A stretch of 64,000 nt of DNA, from assembly GCA_013239625.1 (NCBI GenBank), contig MU054323.1, positions 5,941,220-6,005,219 on the forward strand, written 5' to 3'. Under the pieces are notes generated by a model, which was given only the letters and a program-made list of their open reading frames with translations, did no database searches and was not told the origin of the DNA. The DNA is from Lama guanicoe (Eukaryota). Made by a program: the position numbers and the translations under genes. Positions 37,401 through 49,275 of the stretch are shown in pieces. Position 1 is the stretch's first letter. Every line of letters starts with the position of its first letter.

Positions 37401-39234
37401 TGTGCACACGTGCATGTGTGTCCAAGTAGGCAGCCTGTTGGCCATTCGCGGGGCTGCAGATGTACTGTGGAAGGTGCACCCAGGGACCTCTGTCTTTCTG
37501 GGCACACCATTCAAGGCAGTATGGAGATGAGGCTCACTTAAGGACCCTTCCCCCGCCCCTCACCCCTCCACCCCCTGAGGCTGCTGCTCCACCCAGCCTG
37601 GGGGCTGGCCTAGGCTGCTGAGGAGACTTGACACTTCCACCTGGCAGGCCTCAGGACTGGCGGCATTTGGGAGAATTCACGAGCCTCTCCCAGGAGTTCA
37701 GCGTACGATGCAGTGCAAAGAGCTCCAGGTTGCAGCCACAGCTTCTGTGTGGCTTCTCAGGAGCCTTGACCTGACCCGAGGATAAAAGGCAAGCAGACCC
37801 GAGAGCTGCCAGAAACTGCCCCCGATGATAGCTCGAGAGGGGTGGGGCACTTAGGGGAAGGGAAGGGAGGTGATGTCTGTAACACTGTGAGGCCAGCCCC
37901 TCTCTCTAGGAACTAACAGGATAATCACGAACCGGGGCATCACGGTAACAAAGAGAACAGAACTCCCCCGCCAGCACACCCTCTAGAACGGCCGTTCCTG
38001 GGCAGTCGTGCTGATTACAAGCCAACTGTGCTTGCAACCTTGGTGAGCCTGCTTCGGGCCATTTTGTATAAATAAGACTGCTTTTAGAAAAAAATGATTT
38101 TGCTATTAAGCCCCCATTGTTTTAAATAAATGAGATTTTCCTATGGCATTTAAAAAAAAAAAACAGGGGTTTATGTATGCATAATGCAGAATTTACGGAG
38201 CTCTTTTTGTGACGGTAGTACTGCTCCCACCATTTCAAGTGAAAGTTGAGCCCAGTGAGGAACCACCATCGTTGCAAGTGCCCGGTCTTTGGAACGCCGT
38301 TCACAGCGGCATTATTCCTTCCCTTCTTCCCCTTGTGCACACAGCAGGCCGTGCTCCAGTTTTCGTGTTTCTTCCCACAGCACAGTAAACAGCGGAACAG
38401 CACGGGCTTCAGAAACACCCAGCCCCGGGGCAGAATCCAGGTGCAATGCTTTGTGAACCTGGGGGTCCCTCGGCCGCATTGTACCTGGTAGGACTTTGCT
38501 CGTCAGGACTTCCCTCAGCATTTTTATTTTATTTTTGTCAAGTAAAACCCTGAGTGTGAAACACTGAGCCCAGCCTTAGTACATCATGGTAAGTTACATC
38601 ATAAATGGTAGCTCTTGTGTCTCAGTGCCCTGAGGACACACAGTGTCCTCCCAGCCTAGAAAGAGAAGGGGTTTTCATCTCTTTCTGGCTTCTGTTGAAA
38701 AGCTGTGCATCCTCGAAAGGGCAAACCTGAACCCTCGTGTGCTTCCAAAGGGCCTTCTTTGTTGGTCTCGGCCAGAAGGATGTATGCCTTCGCGGCATCA
38801 CAAGAGTCAATCTTGTGTTCCCGCCCAGATGTCATTCTGTGCACTCTGCTCAGTGTCTCCCCCCTGCCCGGAGGGGCCATTCCTAACCACAGACCTGCCA
38901 CGGCCAGGGCCACGCCCAGCCCTAGGCCTAGCAAGGAGTGGATGCTGGGCACACGCTTGTAGAGTGAATGGGTTTCAAACTGCTGAGTGAAACTGAGGTT
39001 CCACAATCTGCTCTGGGCTCCAGTTTTTCAAAATTTCCCTTGCCAGACTACTGTGGGTGGTGATCAACTGCAAAATTAGAAAGGAAAAAAAGAATGCCTT
39101 TGGTGGTGGCTCAGAGTTGAGGACATTTGGGGTTTCACAGCCTAGAAGCCCCCACAGGCTTTTTCTAAGTCCCCTAACCCTGCTGATGCCACAGTAATTT
39201 GGCTCTAAAAGAAGCTGCTAACATGCAGTTTGGC

Positions 39235-39398
39235 ACGAAGGAACTTTCTGAGCTGATGGAAACGATCCGTGTCTGGATTGGGGTAGCGGTGCAGTGGGTG
39301 CACACGTTTATCAGAACTTGTCAGACTGTACACTTAGCATCTGAGCAGTTCCTTCCTGGGAATTATACCTCCATCAAATTAGTTAATTTAAAAAAAAA
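39235..39398 (+). mobile_element. L1MC/L1ME-type 3' end with A tail
   Basis: gaactttctgagctgatggaaacg...tttatcagaacttgtcagactgtacactta...aattatacctccatcaaa...aaaaaaaa. Confidence 0.75.
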
Positions 39399-39739
39399 TA
39401 TGCAGCCCTACCAGATGGGCCAGGTGAAGGGTCCTGTTCTGGTCTTTGCGTCTTCCCTTTCCACAGGGGGTGAGGTAGCACTGAGACACGTGGCTAACGT
39501 CAGGATGTCCCAGGATGGCTCTGGGAGGAAAGGGACAGAGCAGCCTCTGCTTTTGTGGAACTGGAATCCTTTCAGTCCTGAGTGCAGCCGTGGTGCACGA
39601 GTGCCTCTCCATCCTCTTCCCGGAGACCTTGACCCCAGTCTGCTCTCAGCTTTGCAGCCTCGCTCAGACACCAGCTGGAGTCCACCTCTCACCCCACGGG
39701 AGAAGGGTTAACACTAATGTAAACCCTGAAGGCCCCTTC

Positions 39740-39920
39740 AGTGGATATTTGCACTCTCCTGTTTGTGGCAGCATTGTTCACAATAGCCAAAAGGTGGAAG
39801 CAACCCAGGTGTCCATAGTGATGGTTACTCAGTACTGTGAATGTACTTAATGCCGTTGAAGTGTATGCTTCAGATGGTCAGTTTTACATCCTGTGTGTTA
39901 TACCACAAGAAAGAAATCTT
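39740..39920 (+). mobile_element. L1MB-type 3' fragment with internal deletion
   Basis: gcagcattgttcacaatagccaaaaggtggaagcaacccaggtgtccat (end of ORF2) is fused to gtgatggtt...tgtgaatgtacttaatgcc...taccacaa (3' terminus). Confidence 0.8.
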
Positions 39921-41312
39921 TTGAGAAAAAGAACAACAGCAACAACAAAAATCCAAGGCCTGCACCTGCCTTCTGACCCCCATAAATTTTGACATTTCTT
40001 ATTTCAGAGGTGATTCTTGGCCAAGGACTGGGTTTCCGGTACTAAAAATGAAGTGTTGGGAAACACAGACCTTCTCTGAGGCCTACCTCTTTCTTAAAAC
40101 CCAAGTGCTCGCCCTTTCAGAGTGACAAGCATCCTTCCTGAATGCTGGGTCCCTTTTGTCAACACAGACACAGTCACACCACTGGATTAACTTGATTTCC
40201 TCTTGTTGACTCTCTCAGGCAACACGCGGCCTCACCCTGACAGCTGAGGGGTGAATTTTCCTTTATCGCCCTGGAAACTCCCAGCATCATAATTGGGGTG
40301 ACCCGGTCCTCGAGACCCAGGGGGCCCCCAAGCTGCAGAAATTGGAGCATACTCTGTAGAAGGAGCCTGGCTGTCAGGGTGGGTTGGTCCTTGGCCTGTA
40401 ATGCAGAGTGACACTCAGCACTTGTCACAGCGGGGAGCCAGGCCCTCAGACAGCCACATGGCTGAGGACTTAAGGAGGCCGGCTCTCCCACCTCCGCCTG
40501 GGGGACCAGATTGGATTTATCCCTTGAATGTCATAACGCTGCACCCGTCACCACCTCAAACTCACTGCTAACACTTTGCACGCTTGGAGGAGAGACTGTC
40601 TGGGCACAGCGGCATTCTGCCAGGGCTGCTGACCTTTTTGTTTGCAAAACAAACCTGGAATGTTGAGTCCTGATCTCTCTCCATAAGAATTTGTTGCGTT
40701 CAGACCTTGGGGGGAACAGAGGGAGGACCTGTCAAAAATGCCTGAGCCCATTCGGTGGAGAGAAACCGTATAGTGTTTACCCTCAGATCGATGTAAATAA
40801 ATACACACCACACGTTGTAAACAAGGACAGCAACAGTGTTATACAAGCTTCTAGGCTCTCCTCCTACCTGATGAATTAACGAAAACCAAAATACAGCCCC
40901 CTCACACACACACACACACCCTTCTCCAGGGACAGTGGAAAGGACTGTTCTGGACCTGCCTGGCGTCCCTTTTTGTCTGTTAGGTTCCTGTTCTCTGCGG
41001 AGCCTGGATGAGTGCGTGCTGCTCTCCCCACACCAGCCCTCTCTGGGTATCAATTTCCTACAATCTGCTTTTGCATTTGTTCCAAGTTCAGTGGGCACCT
41101 GGACTCATGGGCAGCCTGCAGCCTCACTGGACACTCTGTGGACTCGGGGAGGGGTCTGCTTTCCCCTCTTTGCCCGCTCCATCATGCTTCCATGAAGGAA
41201 ACGGCATTTAAAGTCCTTTAGGAAGGAAGAGTAACTTCTCAGTTGACTTTGAGGTATAGATTCCAGCAGTGGGCAGAAACATGGGCTCCATGAAACTTTG
41301 TATCTAACGGTT

Positions 41313-41394
41313 ACACACAGACACATACACAGACACACAGACACACACAGACACACACAGACACACAGACACACACACACACACACACACACAC
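41313..41394. repeat. Compound (AC)n/(ACACACAG)n microsatellite
   Basis: Direct reading. Confidence 0.95.
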
Positions 41395-42024
41395 CCCTCC
41401 AGCAGATCAAGAGGAGGCATCCTGTTTAACCACTCGTGACCAGTATTATGTCAACTGCATTAGTGCTTGGAATGCAGAGTTGTTTTCACTATTAAATATA
41501 CTGGGATTCATTTGTTGGCAGAATTTCAAGCACAGAACTGCATGGACTAAAGGAAGCCAGATACCCCATCTGGGTATCTGGAAAGGGATGGCCCATCGCC
41601 TCTTTGCTGGGATTCTGGGCGTTCAGGGCGTGGCCACCTCTAAGAAGCTGCATGTTGAGGTGGAGGAGAGGAAGGTCTCAGGCCAGCCCAGTACCTTCAT
41701 ACACTCCTGATCCAGGGGAAGGGCTGGATTCTAATGATGCTAGCTTGGTTGGGTATCTGGGGCTGCTGGAGGCTTTGGAATGTGTCCAGAGGATGTCAGG
41801 ATTTATGCCATAGCCTTCGTGACAGTAAGAAACACTTCTGAAATCCCACGGTGACTTATCCATGAGGAAGAAGAAGACTCTGGTCTGTAAAGCGAAGTGG
41901 CTCTGATGGCACCAAGGGCACCTACAGACTTTGCTTTAACAGTTAGGACATGAATGCAGCCCTGAGCCCGTTGGACTGGACTCCAGCTAGCAGTTGGGAG
42001 AACAGGGGCCAGAAAGGAGAAAGG

Positions 42025-42110
42025 ACTTATGCAAATTCACAGCACCCAATAAGTGGCGAAACTAGGGCAGGAACCCAGGTTTCTCCTGACTCCTGGTACA
42101 GTTCTTTAAT
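42025..42110 (-). mobile_element. MIR fragment
   Basis: gacttatgcaaattcacagc...aagtggcgaaactagggcaggaacccaggtttctcctgactcc. Confidence 0.6.
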
Positions 42111-42139
42111 CACCTAAACAGATTATGAGGTGAGCAAGG

Positions 42140-42284
42140 CCGTGCTCTCAGTGTGCACCCAGTTCACCTGAGGATTTGTTAAAATGCAGATTCTGCTTCT
42201 GTAGGCTGGGATGAGGAGTCTGTATTTCTGACAAGCTCTCAAGTGATGCTGGCACTGCTGGTCCTAGGACCACACGTGGAGAAA
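42140..42284. mobile_element. MER5A
   Basis: tcacctgaggatttgttaaaatgcagattctg...tgtatttctgacaagctctcaagtgatgctg...ctgctggtcctaggaccacac. Confidence 0.85.
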
Positions 42285-43529
42285 GAAAGATGTCTGAAGT
42301 CAGCTTCACTGGCAAGGAGGCCAGTGGTTTGAGTGCAAACTGGAATCCCTAATTCTCCATCATATCCACTTGGCTGCATTCTTGTTCTGTTTTGTGTTTT
42401 TACCAAGATATCTAAAGCTTTTGGCCTCGACCCCCAGCAAGTAGGTTGTGAGTCATCCTTTGCCAGCGCCTTGCTACCCAGATCCCTGATGCTCTCTGGC
42501 ATGCGGGAAGCTGGGTTCATGCCTGAAAAGTTCGTTCCAGGCGCTAGGAGGAGGGTGCCTGTGGTTTTGTGGGAATGCGCGTGAGAAATGGCTCTGGGGA
42601 GGGACACTTTGTGGGATATGTCACTCTGTTAGTTGCCTGGGCTACAGCTTGACTAACTCTAGTGCATAGTGTCTGTCCTCCACATTTGTGATGATGTGAC
42701 AGTGTGTGCCATTGATCTCTGTCAGAGTAAGAGGTCCTCAGTGGCAAGATTGTCGGGGTCTCTGCTTTTTCTACCGGTTCTCTCTTATCTGGAAACCTCT
42801 CCCACCCAGAGCCGAGACTGAGAAAAGACCTGAAGAGCTGACAGAGCGGATAGGGATCACCAAGTGTGTGCACCCAAATCTTGTTCTTTCTTTCATCATC
42901 AATCCCTCGGGCTTTAATTCAGAATTGTTCTTTTAAAAAATATGAACTGCCTAAAAGACTGATTACCTGGATTCAAAATTCAAAGCAAGTTTTGCAAACT
43001 CCCAATCTGGCAAGAGTAAAGAGAGGGGAAAGATAACAGAAGCAAGAAATGGTTGCTAGAAGCTAATCGGAGATGAAGCAACTGCAAAACTCTGGAATTC
43101 CACATGTACACTTAGGAAGCACCACAGTCTGGGTCTGGTCACCGCTGGGACAGTGGGTCCTACCTGGTGGGGTCCTTCAGTTCTAAGCATGATGCTGTTT
43201 AACAGCCCAGTGTCTCCATTATGTTCAACTCTGTTCAGCACATAGGGAAGTATGCAGTGTATTTCAGAATATTTTGTCTTTAGAAGAGCTAAAATACTTT
43301 GTTCTTGTTTAATATTGGACACTTAAAGGACTCAATTTCACTTATGTCAAAAATATGTCTGCATGGAAGAAAAATGAGACTTTCACTAATCATCCCAGAG
43401 AACGTGGACAATGCTATATTACGTGCATTCTTCCTCCTTCTGGTTACTTCCTGTATCTCTTCTCCTTTTTCCTTCTTTTTCTGACCTCTTTATGGAAGTA
43501 TTCACCATGGTTCTAGTCTTGCTCTACTT

Positions 43530-43970
43530 TTCTTTCTACAGTTTGACCAAGTACTTCCTAAACCCTAATGACTCCAAAAATTTGTGTCTCTAGCCTCCAG
43601 CTTTCTATTCAACGACCTTCAGCCTAATGTCTTCCCACCTGAGATTTCATATATCCCAGCCCCAAACCCTCACTTCCCTGGCAAGCCTCCTTTCCCTTCT
43701 GCATGCCTCATTTCAGTGCATGCTCTCACCATCCCCCTGGGAGCTATAACCCCAACACCTTTGTAGCTTCTCATTCCTGGCTCCTCCCTATCTCCTCTGC
43801 CACAGCTCAGCCCCTCATCAGTCCTCCACTGGGCTGTTTGCATCAGTGTCCCAGATGAGCTCCCTGTTTCCAGTTTTCCACCTCCAATCCATCTCCTTCA
43901 TGTCCGCCCCTAGTCCTTCAGAAGTGCTCACTCTTCCCCATGTTTTCTCACCAGGGGCCTTTGTCCACAC
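43530..43970 (+). mobile_element. L2 fragment
   Basis: ctaatgactccaaaaatttgtgtctctagcc; ctcatttcagtg...tctcaccatcc; gctccctgtttccagttttccacctccaatccatc. Confidence 0.55.
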
Positions 43971-43974
43971 TTTC

Positions 43975-44161
43975 ACTGTCCCATACAGTAGCCACTAGCC
44001 AGATACACTATTTAAATGAGAGTTAAATAAAATTGAAAATTCAGTTCCTCAATTCTATTAGCCAGTTTTCAAATACTCAGCAGTGGCTGGTAGCTACATA
44101 TTGGATAACATGGCTTATAGAACATTTCTATCATTGCAGAAAGTTCTGTTGGACAGTGCTG
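43975..44161 (-). mobile_element. MER3 (hAT-Charlie) MITE
   Basis: cactgtcccatacagtagccactagcca...aaaattcagttcctca...tatagaacatttctatcattgcagaaagttctgttggacagtgctg. Confidence 0.9.
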
Positions 44162-44189
44162 GTTCACAATGTTCTTTCATTTTTGAGTA

Positions 44190-44292
44190 TCTTTCTTTCC
44201 TTCTTTCTTCTTTAATGGATGTACTGGGGGTTGAACCCAGGACGTCATGCATGCTAAGCATGCACTCTACCACTGAGCTATGCCCCCGCCCC
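44190..44292 (-). mobile_element. vic-1-type tRNA-Ala(AGC)-derived SINE (camelid)
   Basis: Reverse strand GGGGCGGGGGCATAGCTCAGTGGTAGAGTGCATGCTTAGCATGCATGACGTCCTGGGTTCAACCCCCAGTACATCCATTAAAG plus a (GAAA)-rich tail. Confidence 0.9.
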
Positions 44293-44394
44293 TCCTCCTC
44301 TCTGAATCTTCCCAGAGAATTACAAAGACGTTTCCTTACATCTCGAACCTCATCGTAAGCCACACAGAACTTAGTTCTTCTGAGAGTGTGTAAG

Positions 44395-44890
44395 AACATA
44401 TTAGAACTCATTTGACTGCAGCAGACAGGCACCCAACTCAACCTAATTTAAGCCAAAAAGGGAAGGTGTCAGCTCTTGTAACTGAAAGTTTCACAACAGC
44501 TTCCACTGGAGCTAATCTGGGGAGTTCCTGTAATATCAGAACTCTTGTCAGGCTCCTGTCTCTGCTTCTCTCTGGCCTCACTCTCTGCTGTGCAGACGGC
44601 TTCCTCCTTGTGACCAGGAAAGGTGGCCAGGAGCTGTTCCAGCTTACTACATCTGCACTGTTCATAATCCCAAGGGAAGAGAGACCTTGATTTCTGAGTT
44701 CATAGATTGAAGAGAGTTGGGTCTGTTTGGGCCATGGACCCTGAATCGGTCAGGGTTTCAGCCGAAAGGGTAGAATACTCTGATTTGCCTCACCTGGCCA
44801 CGTGCTCACCCCAGTGGTGTGTCAGAACACCCAAACAATATCTGATGGGCCCCACATGGGAGATCTTCTATTATCACATGACGGCAGGGA
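44395..44890 (-). mobile_element. Old MLT1 (J/K/L-like) solo LTR
   Basis: ttagaactcatttgactgcagcagacaggcacccaactcaacctaatttaagccaaaaagggaa...gctcttgtaactgaaa...atactctgatttgcc...ggccacgtgctcacccc. Confidence 0.65.
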
Positions 44891-45481
44891 ATGGATAGCA
44901 GACAACAACAGATTTCATTATGGAACTCTGCTCAGAATTTTTCTCACCTTTTCCTGTAATCTTCCTGATGTCTGGCGAGGCATCTAAACAGATGCTCAAC
45001 AACTAGCTGATGCATTGATGGGCAGATAAATAAATCAAGGGATGAAGGGGGGGTGAGTGCAGGGATGAATGGATAGATGGAAGGATGAGTGCACATACAC
45101 TTAGCTAACACTGTGGGGAAGGCAAGAGGAGAGAACCAGGTCCCAGAACTCAAGGGGCTCACACTCATGCCCAGCAGAAGCACCACTCTCTGTCTGCCGG
45201 TCTAAGATCCCCTTGAGGATTGGTCCAGCCCTGCCAGACAGAGGATCCTCGAGGGCATCTCCACACCCCTCACAGTCCCTGGCAGAGTACGGCATGGCTT
45301 CCAGGGCTGGCTGGTGGGCTGTAAGTTTGGAAGCAGCTCTGTGCTCCTTCTGTATTAAAGGGACAGGAAGACAGGAGCTGACCAGCCACACGGGTCATTC
45401 TGGTGTCTGAGGCAGCAACTCTCCCCAGACTCCTGGTCTCAGACACTGTGCATTCACTGTGCATTCTCAAGCCCCTCACAA

Positions 45482-46308
45482 ATGAAAATATGTATTGGTC
45501 TCTGCCCCCAGTTCCTGGCACAGAGCTCCTGAAACCCTTGTAATTTTCTGGGAGATAAGAATGACTTTTGTTTTAGAGAGGCAACTCTGGGTGGGCTCCC
45601 ATATGGCTCCTAGATGAGGGATGAGGGCGGGCCACTAGGAAGACCAAGCCATGAGTAGAAGCTTGGAATTCTCAGCCCCACCCCTTACTCTCTTGAGAAG
45701 GGTGAGGGGCTGAAGATGGAGTTGATAATTGACCACGCCTACATGGTGAAGCCATAAAATCCCATCAGTACAGGGTTTGGGAGCTTCCAGGTGGGCAGGC
45801 ACATCCACACCAGGAGGGGGATGCACCCCAACTCCACGGGGATGGACCCTCCCAGACCTCGCCCTGTGTACCTCTTCATCTGACTGGTCATCTGTATCCT
45901 TCGTCATATCCTTTAATAAACGGTGAGTGTAAGTGTTTGCCTGAGTTCTGTGGGCTGCTCTAGAAAATTAATCGAACCTGAGCAGGGGGTCTTGGGAACC
46001 TCCATCCATAAGCCAGTCGGTCAGAAGCACAAGTGACAGCCTGGACTTGCGACTGGCATCTGACCTGGGGGTAAGGAGGTTAGTCTCATAGGATGGAGCT
46101 TGACCCATGGGACCGAATGCTGTCTCCAGGTAGAAAGGGTCAGAACTGAGTTGAACTGCAGCTGCTTTTGGAGACTTGCTTGTTGTGGTGGGGAAACCCC
46201 ACACACATTTGGTGACCAGGAGGGTCAGAAGTAAGCCTTCTATGTAGAAATAAAGGAGACCCACAGGACAGAGACCCACAGTAGGGAAGACTGGGCCTTC
46301 CCCTACAC
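45482..46308 (+). mobile_element. MER21B/C-like endogenous retrovirus solo LTR
   Basis: tattggtctctgcccccagttcctggcacagagctcctgaaacccttg; gaagaccaagccatgagtagaagcttggaattctcagcccca; acctcgccctgtgtacctcttcatctg; tttaataaac; cagtcggtcagaagcacaagtgacagcctggacttgcgactggcatctga; ccccacacacatttggtgaccag. Confidence 0.85.
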
Positions 46309-48357
46309 GGAAAGAAAAAAAATCGGAGTTTTTCCTGGACAACATGTTTTTTTAAGAAAGTCCAAGCCAAAAACCCCACATAATTGGTACTCCCAGTGGA
46401 CTTCAGCAGAGCTGGTGCCTTCTTCCTGTGCAAAAGGATGTGTGGAGTTTGGCCCAAAGTCCAGCTTCTGGGAAACAGCAGGTGTGTCTTCCAACCAGAA
46501 GCTCTTGTTTCTGGGTTTCTGGCACGGCTGCGGGAACTGTCGGGTAAACTGAAGAATTAATCCTGGGAAGAGAATAGCACTCCTGGGAGTGGCTGAGGTG
46601 TGGGCCGTGTGTTGTCAACAATGTCGCCATGCTGGTGGCCTTAGGAAGCAGCGTTAAGGAGACTAAAGGCCTCTGTCAGGCAGCCAGGGCCAGGAGGTGT
46701 TTTGTTTCGCTCTGTTTTAATTTCCATCCCTTTAATCTCTGGTTTAAAATAGCCTCTCGGAGTTCAGCAATCGTATTTCTTCCCCAGTTAGTTCGTCCTT
46801 TTTCCATCCTTTCTTCAATCACATCTTTTTCTGTGCATGTGTTCACTAAGAAACAAAAATTCACTCGTCGTCTAGAGGACGTATTTCAGCCTCAGTAGAG
46901 CTGTCTGTCTGGAGGCACGTGTATCCAAGGACACTCCTGCCAATGACAGGGGAGGCTCCCCCACCCCTCACCCCGCCATCCTGATCTCGTTCTGTTTCCA
47001 TGTGGCACCTGCGCTCTGATGGGGCGGCACACTCTCAGGGTTTGACTAGTTGATTTGCTGAGTCTTGCTTTCTGGAGTTGCCCTTTCCTACAAAGCAAGT
47101 GCCACGCCCAGAGCTAGTCAGGCATTTGGAAGAAGCCAGTCCCTGGGAAGCCTGACTTCTCGCCCCAGGGTGGAGGCAAAGTTGGGACCATCCCGCAGGG
47201 ATGATCTCCTGCCTGAATCCTCAGGGATTCACCCTCAAGATTAGGATCCCCAACCCAAAGCAAGTCTCCTTCCACCGTGTGTCCCTGACTCCTGCAGAGG
47301 ACGAGGGACGAGGGACGAGAAGGAGAGAGAGACAGCCCCACTCGTAACCCTGCAGCCTAGGGGGCCCACATCACTCACACGGCCCCAGCTAGAATCATGC
47401 GAGATAAGGGGGTGTTGTCCCACCATGGACCCCAAGAAAGAGGGGGGCACAGACCTGGGGAGTTACCAGTGGCCTCTGTCACAGAGACACCAACAAGACA
47501 CTCCCCCTCAGCCAGCCGAGAGGGTTAAATACAAGGTGCAGTGGCTCACGCAGCTCCCAGCTGGCCCCAGAGCCTCGCAGATACTGTTATTTTTCTTCTC
47601 TTTCCTCTACCAGTTATTCCCTTGAGGTTTATGCAAATAGCAGACCAAGGCAAGAAATTAAATACGTGTCCCTCACCTCTGAAGCTACTTATTTCCTTGT
47701 TTCCTTGCGGTGTAACATTTCATTAGACCTTCCAAATGGGGAAAGAGCAGGCAGATTAAAAGTCAGATAGTGCCTGGAAGCCTGCTTCATCGGTTTGGGG
47801 ACGGCCCGCGCTTCAAAGCTATTTGGCATTTCCACTGCCCAAAGGCCTCCTCGGGAGCAGTTGTCTTTTAATAAATGGCTGCCCGAGTAATTTTCCTCGA
47901 AGGAATTGTGTCATGGATGTGCCTGCCCCTGGGGGAGCACTGGCTGTTCCCTCCGAGTGCTCCCAGTGCCCATGTGTTATGAATAGGAAGCTTGGAGCTA
48001 GGAGCCCCACCCAAGATGTGGCTCTGAGACCCACCCAGCAGACTCTCCAGGGCCCCATGAGGGCACTGGACAAGGGAGAGGAGTCAGGACCAGGCTGCGT
48101 CATGTGTGGTCTGACCATAGTTCTGACAAAGAGGATTTGTCCAACTAGCCTGCCTGTCTCTTCCTTGTGGCCACGGGCAGACGGAACCACTTTAAGATTC
48201 AGGACAGATTCATTCTCTTAACTGACCTTGACTGACCCAGCCCCCGTCAGGTGTGGGCGGCCTGCTGAGTGGGGCAGCATGGGAGGGGACAACAAGAGTC
48301 CTCCATCCAGGATCTCTCCATCTGTAGGAGCCACACTGACATGGGACTGCAGCGTTC

Positions 48358-49275
48358 CCATTCATTCATTCTTCAGTGAACATCTATAAGAGGCTAGGTG
48401 CAGTCTGAGCCAAGATCCAGCAGTGAATAGAATTGGCAGTGGGAGAGCGTGGTGGTTGAGAGCCACACTGCCTGGGTTTGAATCCTGGCTCTGCCACTTC
48501 CTAGCTGGGTGACTTTGGGCACTTTGCTTGACCTGCCTGTGCCTTCATTTCTTCATCTGGAAAATGGTGATAGCTATTGTAATAGCTGATTGTTTTGTGG
48601 AGTAAATGAATCAATATCTGTAAGGCGCTGCCTTTATAAAACTTACATTCCAGTGTGGGAGAGACAGAGAAATCTAAGTTAATTATGTGGTCTAAAAGGA
48701 GGCAATAAGAGCTATGAAAAATAGAACAGGGAAAGAGCTTGGCATGTGAAAATAAGATGGTCAGAGAAGGTCTCACTGAGAAGGTAGCATTTAAGAAGAG
48801 ACCTGAAGGGAAGCAGAGAACTAGTCATGGGGGTGCCTGGGGAAGAGTGGAGCAGGCAGGGGGCAGCAGGTACAAAGGTTCTGGGGTAGGAGGGGCCAAA
48901 AGTACCGGCAGAGTTGCAAGGAGCCCAGGGAGCCACAGCAGAGTTGTTGAGGGTGGAGGGGAGATAAAGCAGGAGAGAGAAGCAGGCCCCAGGCCTTATA
49001 GACCTTTGTAAGGGTTTGGCTTTTCCCCAGGTTGAGATGGGGGCCACTGCAGGGACTTGGGCAGAAGAGAAAACTGGTCTGACTCGGGTTTTAGCAGGAT
49101 CACTGCAGCTGCTGTGTGGAGAATACACTGAATGAGGGCAAGAGATGAAGGAGGCAGTGGAGCTAGGAGGCTCCGACAGAAACACGGGTGAGAGGTGACA
49201 GCGGCTCAAACCAGGGTGGCCAGGATGGAGACGGGGAGGAGTGACTGGAATCAGGACGTAATTCACAGCTGTCAG
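48358..49275 (-). mobile_element. L2 (L2a-like) 3' region, interrupted by MIR at about 48436-48628
   Basis: cattcattcattc tail, atccagcagtgaatag, then resumes aaacttacattccagtgtgggagagacaga...gtggtcagagaaggtctcactgagaaggt-like...agcaggatcactgcagctgctgtgtggagaata. Confidence 0.85.
48436..48628 (+). mobile_element. MIR nested in L2
   Basis: ctgcctgggtttgaatcctggctctgccacttcctagctgggtgactttgggca...tttcttcatctggaaaatgg...aaatgaatcaatatctgtaaggcgct. Confidence 0.9.

Noticed and set aside
21474..39482. miRNA-like words (ggaatgt at about 21474, gtgaaatgt at about 33259, tgaggtag at about 39471)
   Set aside because: Only seed-length matches to miR-1/206, miR-203 and let-7. The rest of the mature sequence and a precursor hairpin are missing.
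42700..43420. Possible CR1/L3 or DNA-transposon remnant
   Set aside because: Resemblance too weak to assign without an HMM search.
44216..44287. tRNA-Ala(AGC) gene
   Set aside because: Acceptor stem is mispaired, there is an extra G-rich 5' leader and an A-rich tail, and a second decayed copy sits at 28.4 kb. It is a SINE rather than a tRNA gene.
5056..46717. 18/19-nt inverted match between 5056-5074 (aaacaaagcgaaacaaaac) and 46699-46717
   Set aside because: Low complexity, and about one such match is expected by chance in a 64-kb self-comparison.
47299..47320. Short GGACGAG x3 repeat (similar short duplications at about 33259 and 46255)
   Set aside because: Ordinary slippage-type micro-duplications with no sign of function.
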